A stretch of 62,964 nt of DNA, counting the filler, from Atractiella rhizophila (lineage: Eukaryota): assembly GCA_021432655.1 (NCBI GenBank). It is 5 parts of 5 records of this genome, joined end to end, with 100 filler letters (N's around TTAATTAATTAA, not from the genome) between each part and the next. Parts side by side here need not be neighbours in the genome. Positions count along the whole stretch, not along the records: positions 39,584 to 59,149 come from MU271850.1; positions 59,250 to 60,455 come from MU271950.1; positions 60,556 to 62,964 come from MU271951.1; 2 more parts are not named here. The stretch is one strand, 5' to 3'. The notes under the pieces are model-generated. The model saw only the letters and a list, made by a program, of their open reading frames with translations. It searched no databases and was not told where the DNA came from. Each line of letters starts with the position of its first letter. Position 1 is the stretch's first letter. The position numbers and the translations under genes are program-made. Positions 53,708 through 62,964 of this stretch are shown here, in pieces.

Positions 53708-54022
53708 ATCTATCTTCTGGGATGGCCCTATTGGGAACTTATTTTTTCAGTGTTAGACCTGATTGTTACAGTAGGACATGTTAATAGATGCTTCTCTACT
53801 AAAAAATCTCTCTGTCCTCTTGACCGGGTTCCTTTCTCCGGTGGTTTCTGGGGTAATTTCATTCCCACGAAGAAAGAAAAAGGAGACGAAACACGTGATC
53901 ATGTTTGGCAGCTTCATCATGCTTCATCAACTGACCCATTTATTAAGTGAGCGTCGCGTTTGTTCCTCCCGCTTCAACAACGACCACTCTTCTGTCCAGT
54001 CCCATCTCATCCACTCCCCAGC

Positions 54023-54641
54023 ATGCCTCCCAAGAGTACTACCGCTAAGCCTGCTTCTTCTGGTGGCGAGTTTCTGTCCTTTCTCGACTAACGAAACGCG
54101 TCTGACACCTAACTGGGAACAGGAAAGGCGCCTCCCGCTTCCACCGGTGGCAAGGCTGGAAAGGCTCCCGCTAAGAAGTCTACCGGTGCGAAGAAGTCCA
54201 CGAAGCCTGCTGGAGAAGGTGGAGACAAGAAGAAGCGAAAGAAGTCCAGGAAGGAGTCTTAGTGAGTTCCTCTTCCCGTCTGCAGAAAGGGGTGTTGAAG
54301 TATGACCGTGCGATAAGTGCTACGTATATTTACAAGGTCTTGAAACAAGTTCACCCCGATACTGGTATCTCGAACAAGGGAATGATGATCCTCAACTCCT
54401 TTGTGAACGACATTTTCGAGCGTATTGGTGTGTCTGCTTGTCATTGACATTGTTCTTTCTACTTACGTTTGGCGTAGCTTCTGAGGCATCCAAGCTCGCG
54501 TCGTACAACAAGAAGTCGACCATCTCCTCTCGCGAAATCCAGACGGCCGTTCGTCTGATTCTTCCCGGTGAACTCTCCAAGCATGCCATCTCTGAGGGAA
54601 CCAAATCCGTCACCAAGTACTCCTCCTTGTCTGCAAAGTGA
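54023..54641 (+). CDS. HTB2: Histone H2B, copy 2 (3 introns)
   Basis: Same peptide as copy 1 with the same intron positions, but synonymous sites and intron sequences have diverged. Confidence 0.98.
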
Positions 54642-55217
54642 TCGGTGGTGTCCACTATGGCTCAGTANNNNNNNNNNNNNNNNNNNNNNNNNNNNNNNNN
54701 NNNNNNNNNNNNNNNNNNNNNNNNNNNNNNNNNNNNNNNNNNNNNNNNNNNNNNNNNNNNNNNNNNNNNNNNNNNNNNNNNNNNNNNNNNNNNNNNNNNN
54801 NNNNNNNNNNNNNNNNNNNNNNNNNNNNNNNNNNNNNNNNNNNNNNNNNNNNNNNNNNNNNNNNNNNNNNNNNNNNNNGAGCGTTACGTAGCATTATCTA
54901 CCGAATGTGCCAGAATGTAGGGTAGCGTTCGATAGACTCGTTCACGACAACGTCTGATGTTTCGTTTTTACTCTGAATACGAGAAGCTTACTTTGATATG
55001 AAAATTGGGGCAGACAGCTAGACTAAGAGGCGGGAATATTCCTGCGATAGCAAACTGATCTTTCTTGGCCGTACAATAGTTCGAACAAATGCCAGAATCC
55101 GATGAACGAGGTGCAGTTAAGAGGATGGAGAACAAGCACAGGGATCCAGCATGGATTGAAATGATTTCCTTTTTACATTTTCCGAAACCGCTACTCAGCT
55201 ATCAATGTCACAAATGC

Positions 55218-55715
55218 TCAATGTCTGACTGCAGTTATGGGCTCAGCCATTATCGAGGAGAGATCAAGTTCTGCATCCTTCTCAGTATCCACTTCTCCTA
55301 TGAGTGTGCTGCCAGCCCAAAAAGGAATGAGCGAGTAATTCGAAACCTCACACATTCCCTCTACCACAGAAGGAAGGGATACGCACATATTGTCTCCTCT
55401 TATGAGGTAAAGGCCCAAGGGCACCTCCTCCACCCCTTCTTCAGGCGAAAACACCCGCTCCACTGAGCTGGACAGGATGATGTTCGTCGTTTGGTCAAAA
55501 CCCTGTAAATCGCCCTAAATCGCAAAGTCACGACTTCTGCAACGATTGAAGACGGTAGACAGTTCAAACGCACAAGAATTACACGTCCATCCTGGGTTAT
55601 CACGAGCACTCGTCCTTAAGAAAAGCTCAATCAGGTTCTGGCTTGAATGGTTCAGCGAAAGAAAAAGGGGTGAGCATTCAAGCTCACCGTTTACGTATGG
55701 CTGTAGCCCAGACAT
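55218..55715 (-). CDS. LSM8: Sm-like protein LSm8
   Basis: MSGLQPYVN|RVLVITQDGRVIL|GDLQGFDQTTNIILSSSVERVFSPEEGVEEVPLGLYLIRGDN|TLIGEVD. Confidence 0.95.
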
Positions 55716-55913
55716 TGTAGGTCCTCGCAATGCCGCGTCAGACTGGAGAATGCTGGATCCGAAGTTCGGTTGGTGGTGGTTTTCGTGTCGCGCTTTCGGA
55801 ACTTTAGCTTGCAGATGATTTCCACTTGCAAAACGACGAGCTCAGTCCACGTTTGACCATATCCCTTACACCTTACAGCTTTCACCTCTTTCAGCGTTGT
55901 CCCATATTCTACT

Positions 55914-57723
55914 ATGGCCTCCCACAACAGAACTCAGTCAATCTCTGATGGACCCATAAAAATCAGAAAGATTGCTTGCATTGGAGCTGGCTATGTCGGA
56001 GGTCCTACCTGCACTGTCATCGCGCATAAGTGTCCTCATATCACCGTATGTTCCTCTTTCCCTGACCTTTCTAACGGTTTGAAGTGGCATGAGACGCTGA
56101 AGCATAGTTGGGGATGTCAAGGTCACCATTGTCGACATCGATGCTCGAAGAATCAATGCCTGGAACGATCCAGACTTCAAACTCCCCATCTTCGAACCCG
56201 GACTTGAAGCCATTGTTCGTCAGACTCGAGGAAAGAATCTATTCTTCGATACCGACATCGACAAAGCGATCAAAGAGGCAGACCTCATCTTCGTCAGCGT
56301 TAACACCCCAACGAAAAAGAACGGTGTTGGAGCTGGCTACGCGGCAGATCTCACGTCGGTTTTTTGCACAGTCCGCTTCTGAAATAAATGAATGTAGCTG
56401 ATTTGATGATGTCGGATTTTCAAGCTATGTTGAAGCCTGTACGCGAAGAATCGCCGCCGTCGCTCAATCCTCGAAGATCGTCGTCGAAAAGTCAACGGTT
56501 CCTGCTCGCACCGCTTCTTCCATGCGAACCATCCTAGAGGCCAACTCTTCTTCATCTCTGAGATTCGACATCCTTTCCAACCCCGAATTCTTGGCCGAAG
56601 GGACTGCCATTCGCGATTTACTTGCTCCCGACAGAGTCCTTATTGGTAGCCTCGACACCGTTGAAGGCCGGAACGCTTGCGAGAGCTTGAGTCAAGTTTA
56701 TGAGAACTGGGTACCCAAGAAAAATGTCTTCAAGACTGGCTTGTGGAGCAGTGAGCTTTCAAAACTGGTACGTGTCTTTTTCACAGAAGTACATTCTGGC
56801 TAAGCGAGCATTGGATAGGCCGCAAATGCTCTCCTTGCTCAAAGGATTTCATCCATCAACGCTCTGTCTGCCATCTGCGAGTCTACCGGCGCAGATGTAG
56901 ACGAAGTCGCTGCTGCTTGCGGTCTCGACTCTCGTATTGGCCCTAAGTTCTTAAAGGCCAGTGTCGGGTTCGGAGGAAGCTGTTTCCAAAAAGATATCCT
57001 CAACCTTGTTTACTTGAGCGAGAGTTTGCATCTCCCTGAGGTTGCAGCCTACTGGAAACAAGTTGGTACGCCTTGTCTCTCCGACGACTCCGATATGGAT
57101 AAGCTGATATTGTTATGACGCAGTTGAGATGAACGAATACCAAAAGCGCCGGTTCTGTCATCGAGTCGTCTCCAAACTCTTCAACACTATCACCAACAAG
57201 AAGATCGCCGTCTTAGGTTTCGCTTTCAAGAAGGATACAGGAGACACGAGGGAGTCTGCAGCCATCACGCTCTGCAAGCACTTCATGGCTGAAGGAGCAA
57301 AGGTGTCAATTTACGATCCTAAGGTTCCTGAACCTCAAATTTGGACCGACCTTGGAGTACCTGGAGACAAAGCAGGTCCGTAGCATATGTCACCTTTGCA
57401 TCGCTCCATATTCTGACACGTTGGCTGCACACTAGAATCGAAAGTGACCATCTGCACCACTGCGATGGATGCTTGCCTTGGTTCGGAAGGAGTGATCATC
57501 GCGACAGAATGGGATGAGGTTCGAACTCGTTCACCTTTTTGGATTGTCCATAATGCTGACATGTATCATCTTGAAACAGTTCAAGACGCTGGACTGGGAA
57601 GCCATTTATAAGTCGATGAACAAGCCCGCCTTTGTTTTCGATGGCAGGTTGATCCTGGACGCCAAAAAGCTTACGAAGATCGGATTCCACGTCGAGACCA
57701 TCGGACGAGGGAGCTCCTTTTAA
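55914..57723 (+). CDS. UGD1: UDP-glucose 6-dehydrogenase
   Basis: [79 protein letters not shown]. Confidence 0.98.
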
Positions 57724-58170
57724 AACAGTCGTCCCCTTCCACAAATTACTCGCATCAACACCATAAACTACAAGAGGAAAAATTTCCGTTCTCTTCGTTT
57801 TGAAGCATTACCTAGAACTATAACGCGTAGCATATTTCATCGATTCCATCAGAAAATACTTCGTTCCTCTCACTCACCCACCCTTACAGTACTTTCGCTA
57901 TTTCACTAATCAATTCCGCTCCTTTGCTCTTTCACTTGTTATTACTTTACTTGGAGTAAGGATTTTGGGAACGTGGGTTGCTATGTGGATGGCGTTTTGG
58001 GTGGTTGAGCTAGAAGTCGTAATAGATCACATTTCCTTAGACAGCCTCCAATGTGCGAACCGTAGATCTAAAACTTCAGAGCTTCGTACCATTCAGAGGT
58101 TTTAGAGTGGTACCGTCTAATTTGCAAGCATCATGAGTAGTTGTAGTAAATAAATTAGCATGAAGGGTGT

Positions 58171-59086
58171 TCAATCCTCAACGATGTTATGCTCTCCTTT
58201 CCGTCCGTCTGTGACATCCGACCTCGAAGGGTCCGGGATGAGATCGCCTCGTTTATTCCTCTTCGCCTTGAAGAATGTATAGCTCAGAATTACGTCGTTC
58301 ACATCTTTCACTGCCGGGTCGTCCAACATGTCGCGATCGATAAAGAAGAACACTGGGAGATCTACTTCCTCTCCCGCCAGCAATCGTTGTTCTTCAAAAC
58401 AGAAACATTCCACTTTAGCGAAATACGGTGCAATCTGTGCGTACCTCAAATCAGGACTGCTCTTGTCGTTTTTGAGAAAAGAAAGTTCAGGACTTCACCT
58501 TGTCAGGTGTGACGTTGTAGGTGGCAATGCCAATGATGTCGTCCTCTCCCCAATTCTTCGCCCTAAAGAAAGCTAGAGCAGTTTCCCCCGGTCTGACTTT
58601 CACCTCTTTCTGACTAGCGGTGAATTTCCACTTGAGGGCATCACTCGAATCTGCATTAAAACGGACAGAGATTCGCCTCTCACTTCCTTCCCTCGGAACA
58701 AGTTTGTCAGCCGCAAAACGCCCCTGGGACGTGATCGGTGTGCCACCAAATCCCGTGGCCGAGCAGAAGGCGCGATAGAGTGGAACGGCGGCATAGGAGA
58801 GACCAGTGAAGAGGAGGGTGATGGAAACGAAGTAGAGCGCAGAGGTGACGGTTTTTTGCCGGGTCTTTTGCTGACGCTGAGCGGTACGGAGTTGAGCCAA
58901 AGTTTGCCCCGATGGGTTCCGAGAGGATGAAAGAGGCCGAGAAGAGTGAAGAAAACGTCGGAAAAGCGAAGGACGGCTTCGAAAGGAGAAAGCCTGATGC
59001 GAGCAGACTGGTGGAGAGCGGTGGCCGACGGTCACTCGAATGGAGATGTTCCGCGAAAGTGTATTTTGAAGCTGCCTCAGGGACAT
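58171..59086 (-). CDS. COX11: Cytochrome c oxidase assembly protein Cox11
   Basis: YAAVPLYRAFCSATGFGG, PGETALAFF, GIATYNVTP and KVECFCFEEQRL; one intron at ~58439-58498. Confidence 0.98.
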
Positions 59087-59149
59087 GGCTGCAATTGAGG
59101 ACGAGCTTGAGGACGAGCTCAACTGAACTGTTTACTGAAAAAGACAAAT

Positions 59150-59249
59150 NNNNNNNNNNNNNNNNNNNNNNNNNNNNNNNNNNNNNNNNNNNNTTAATTA
59201 ATTAANNNNNNNNNNNNNNNNNNNNNNNNNNNNNNNNNNNNNNNNNNNN
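59150..59249. other. Artificial contig-join linker
   Basis: N44-TTAATTAATTAA-N44. Confidence 0.97.
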
Positions 59250-60455
59250 GAGGACAGCTCGGAGTACGCGTAGAGGAGCACCTCGGTAGCGAAAGGAATG
59301 TCCATGTTGGAGATGCAAGGACGGGAGAGGCCAGGATCTACAAGGCGAGGAAGAAGAGGGAGAGAGAGTTGGCAGAGGAGGAGAGGATGGTCCGAGGAGA
59401 TAGATAAGGAGGACTGATGAATGAGTGAAAGTGAGTGGACAGGAGTTGAAGGCGAAGTGAAGATGTGATCGAGGGGATTAAGGAGAGCGGGATGAGTAGA
59501 CTGAGGAGAAGAGACAAACAGCTGACGCATTGCCATCCAAGTGACGATGCAGGAAACCCTATCAGAGGGGGACACAGTTGAGTTGAATCGAATATTAAAG
59601 TCGCCGGCGACCAGATCGACTGGGGGGAGTTCAGAGAGGAGTTGCCGACAGCGAGCATTCGAGAAAGACGGAGGAAGATACACGAAAGCGAGACGCTTCC
59701 CAGAGAGCTTCAACCAGACCCAATTCACCCCAGATGCGACACCTTCAACTCCGGACTTGAGGGAAGGGTCGATAAAGAGCACCACTCCTCCATTCTCATG
59801 GCCGACATCCCTCCTTTCCTGAGCCTCCGGTCTCTTTGAGCCTATTAAAAAATAAGGGGAAGAACTATAGGCTGTGCGGGACTGAATGAACCAGTCTTCA
59901 GTGACAGCTAGAATGCGACAAAAGGAAGAAGAGAACCACTGTTGGACAGTGGCCCACTTCTCGGACTGTAAACCTCGCATATTCATCACTGCAAGAGGTT
60001 GGGAGAGGACAGGGGAACTCATAAGCGGCCGTCGGCAGCCAGCGTCGCATCTACGTCCATCTCGTTCACAACAGGAACCTCGCCTCCGTCCAAGCGGAGC
60101 AGATGCGAGAAGTATTCCTTCGTAGCGGGGCTGGCAGAGGAGTCCAGCTCTGTGATCTTGCGAAGACGGGCTAGCCAGTCTTTACGAATACGATTGACAA
60201 CATCCTGAGGAGCTTCAGGGTTGTGTGGCTTGCTAGGGTCATAGTCCGAGACAATGGAGACTTTGCTGGCCAGCATAATCTCCCGAAAGGTCTGCGAGTA
60301 GGACTGATCAAGTAGGACTTCCAGGGTGTCCTTTCCAACCCAAGAAAGGTGAGCAATGTTGACCGTCCTAACTTGAAGCGCTCGGAAAGTCTCTCTGACC
60401 TTCCTGTAGGCCGACCATCTGAGTTTGACGTACACAGGTTCGAGTTTGTCGGCTG
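59250..60455 (-). mobile_element. Non-LTR retrotransposon (LINE) fragment: end of ORF1 and the APE endonuclease part of ORF2
   Basis: ORF2 (from 60022) has APE motifs MNMRGL, LAVTEDW, VYLPP, AGDFN, LDHIF and SDH. An intronless upstream ORF1 ends at 60019 and overlaps the ORF2 start as ATGA. Confidence 0.85.
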
Positions 60456-60555
60456 NNNNNNNNNNNNNNNNNNNNNNNNNNNNNNNNNNNNNNNNNNNNT
60501 TAATTAATTAANNNNNNNNNNNNNNNNNNNNNNNNNNNNNNNNNNNNNNNNNNNN
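60456..60555. other. Artificial contig-join linker
   Basis: N44-TTAATTAATTAA-N44. Confidence 0.97.
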
Positions 60556-60749
60556 ATTGTGTACTTACCCCTAGAGCTCCTATCACTCATCATTCCAATG
60601 CCTTTATCATCCAAGCTCCCGCTCCTGACCTTTGGTGGGCGGGGAAATCGACTTTCGTGATCGGGTGGGAGAGGCGGAGAGGGTAAAAGGTCTTTGAGGG
60701 GGCTTGAGTCGCGACGGGGTTGTGGAGCAAGGAAGGAGAGCAGTCCCAT
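60556..60749 (-). CDS. First exon of an unidentified gene, truncated by the contig end
   Basis: MGLLSFLAPQPRRD...DRSSR is followed by a GTAAGT donor. Confidence 0.45.
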
Positions 60750-61127
60750 TGGAGCCGAACTAGAATACTGGCACTCGATATCAAGGATGTGACACGATGT
60801 CGTCGTTCTGACTTGATTCACGCCTGCTGTGAGGTTGACGTTCGTAAATACAGGCAAAGCTTCGCATCACGTGATTTTATAACACTCAGAGACAGAGACG
60901 TTGCGTGATCTTTATTCTTTGAAATACACAGCGTAGACAATTTAATGTTATTAGTCTAGATTCTGCTAGATTCTTTATTACAATAACATAAAAGAAGGGA
61001 CCAATGCGAAAGACAAAACTGCTGCAACCCGCGCATGATCGAAACAGTGCCAAACTCAGGGTATACTAATCCTTGTTACAAAACGTTTTCCACACCCTAT
61101 GGCTCTCTCAGTACTGCTCCCACAAAA

Positions 61128-62438
61128 CTAGTAAGAAAGAACGGACCAAACATCCCCTCTCCTTTCAAAACCCAGCCACATCCTTTCATCAATCTGCACT
61201 TCTACCAGCTCCAAGCCATGTTGAGTCTTCTTATCATCTTCCTTTCCGTCCGTATTATCAATAATTGTGAGTTTTTCATCCACCTTCTCTCCATCCAGTA
61301 ACCGCTTCACCTCTTCTTCCTCATCCTCAACCACCATTTTCCCCAACAGCCATACAACCTCTTCAGGATCCAAACTGCCCTTCTCAAACCTCAGACTTCT
61401 CAAGCTCTTGTGCGCATCGTGTATGAAGCTTCCACGAGAACACGCTCGTGTACCGCCGATCGTGATATGTTCGAGTTTGGGGAGGAAAGGGACAATATCA
61501 TCTATGACGCCTGGNNNNNNNNNNNNNNNNNNNNNNNNNNNNNNNNNNNNNNNNNNNNNNNNNNNNNNNNNNNNNNNNNNNNNNNNNNNNNNNNNNNNNN
61601 NNNNNNNNNNNNNNNNNNNNNNNNNNNNNNNNNNNNNNNNNNNNNNNNNNNNNNNNNNNNNNNNNNNNNNNNNNNNNNNNNNNNNNNNNNNNNNNNNNNN
61701 NNNNNNNNNNNNNNNNNNNNNNNNNNNNNNNNNNNNNNNNNNNNNNNNNNNNNNNNNNNNNNNNNNNNNNNNNNNNNNNNNNNNNNNNNNNNNNNNNNNN
61801 NNNNNNNNNNNNNNNNNNNNNNNNNNNNNNNNNNNNNNNNNNNNNNNNNNNNNNNNNNNNNNNNNNNNNNNNNNNNNNNNNNNNNNNNNNNNNNNNNNNN
61901 NNNNNNNNNNNNNNNNNNNNNNNNNNNNNNNNNNNNNNNNNNNNNNNNNNNNNNNNNNNNNNNNNNNNNNNNNNNNNNNNNNNNNNNNNNNNNNNNNNNN
62001 NNNNNNNNNNNNNNNNNNNNNNNNNNNNNNNNNNNNNNNNNNNNNNNNNNNNNNNNNNNNNNNNNNNNNNNNNNNNNNNNNNNNNNNNNNNNNNNNNNNN
62101 NNNNNNNNNNNNNNNNNNNNNNNNNNNNNNNNNNNNNNNNNNNNNNNNNNNNNNNNNNNNNNNNNNNNNNNNNNNNNNNNNNNNNNNNNNNNNNNNNNNN
62201 NNNNNNNNNNNNNNNNNNNNNNNNNNNNNNNNNNNNNNNNNNNNNNNNNNNNNNNNNNNNNNNNNNNNNNNNNNNNNNNNNNNNNNNNNNNNNNNNNNNN
62301 NNNNNNNNNNNNNNNNNNNNNNNNNNNNNNNNNNNNNNNNNNNNNNNNNNNNNNNNNNTTGTCTTGATGTGGGAGGAGAAGGAGTTGTTGGAAAATGAGG
62401 ACAAGGAGCTCGTGTGACAGCTGAGGGGCAGGAGACAT
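61128..62438 (-). CDS. F-box-like protein, middle hidden by an N gap
   Basis: The N-terminus is MSPAPQLSHELLVLIFQQL (F-box-like). The C-terminal piece is LPKLEHITIGG...LRSLRF (LRR-like). Confidence 0.5.
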   Translation of the reverse strand: MSPAPQLSHELLVLIFQQLLLLPHQDXXXXXXXXXXXXXXXXXXXXXXXXXXXXXXXXXXXXXXXXXXXXXXXXXXXXXXXXXXXXXXXXXXXXXXXXXXXXXXXXXXXXXXXXXXXXXXXXXXXXXXXXXXXXXXXXXXXXXXXXXXXXXXXXXXXXXXXXXXXXXXXXXXXXXXXXXXXXXXXXXXXXXXXXXXXXXXXXXXXXXXXXXXXXXXXXXXXXXXXXXXXXXXXXXXXXXXXXXXXXXXXXXXXXXXXXXXXXXXXXXXXXXXXXXXXXXXXXXXXXXXXXXXXXXXXXXXXXXXXXXXPGVIDDIVPFLPKLEHITIGGTRACSRGSFIHDAHKSLRSLRFEKGSLDPEEVVWLLGKMVVEDEEEEVKRLLDGEKVDEKLTIIDNTDGKEDDKKTQHGLELVEVQIDERMWLGFERRGDVWSVLSY

Positions 62439-62964
62439 GCTTCGTTTCCGACAGATTAAGACGTTGCCTCTTTCCGTAGGCTTTGGATCGTTATAGAGAA
62501 CGAAAGACGCGTCGTAGATGTATCCGACCTTCGATCTTCCAACCTGCTCTCTCCGCCACGACCACTGCTACAACTGTCAGCTGCAACCTGCAACACGAAA
62601 AAGATAGAATTTATACACGAAGGAAAGAAAATTGTCCTTATCCAATCTCTTTCGTTCCGCCTCCTAATCTTTGCTTGAAGCAAGGCTGGGAGGAAAGTAA
62701 CTTGAAAGAATGGGAACAAGGCTCGGCTGGCGGAAGCGAATGCATGTTACACGAAGTCGTTTCTTATATTTAGCTATATCCAAAGGTTAGCTATATAATG
62801 ATCGCAGATATGGCTATCGTGGTAAACGTAGTAAGAAAATTGACCTTTATCGCCTGTCACAGAACGTAATTTCCATTGCTTGATGTTTTATGCTATTGTA
62901 ACAAAATCATGCCTTGCCCCATCCACTCAACCAATCTACCATCCCAATGCCCATACAACCCTCA

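Noticed and set aside
61267..62417. Long ORFs spanning N runs (also 54568-54925)
   Set aside because: These are artefacts of translating gap characters.

Overview
Eukaryotic, intron-rich fungal DNA. The ~50-60 bp GT-AG introns with CTRAC branch points and the gene content suggest a basidiomycete; this is inference. The window is not one locus. Four artificial 100-bp linkers (N44-TTAATTAATTAA-N44) join five separate contigs. Segment 1 (1-19696) is a repeat- and pseudogene-rich accessory region: palindromic satellite arrays ending in stacked hairpin+(TAG)n termini, a cluster of Crinkler-type genes and relics (CR-NTD fragment, HNH nuclease, CR-NTD+PD-(D/E)xK+kinase, EEP and kinase fragments), then a Bud4/anillin-like gene. 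Segment 2 holds LSM4 and mitochondrial TyrRS (each with one unusually long intron), a 204-bp tandem-repeat/F-box gene and a GH20 hexosaminidase. Segment 3 holds an RS-domain gene, two hypothetical genes, SDH4, GLO2, two H2B genes, an H2A 5' end interrupted by a ~2.4 kb decayed insert, a Kelch gene, LSM8, UGD1 and COX11. Segment 4 is a LINE fragment. Segment 5 has a partial gene and an F-box-like gene. The best leads are the hairpin+(TAG)n stacked-end repeat system, the structured LSM4 intron with a candidate poison exon, the insert in H2A and the Crinkler-type cluster. All calls come from motif recognition by eye; no database searches were run.
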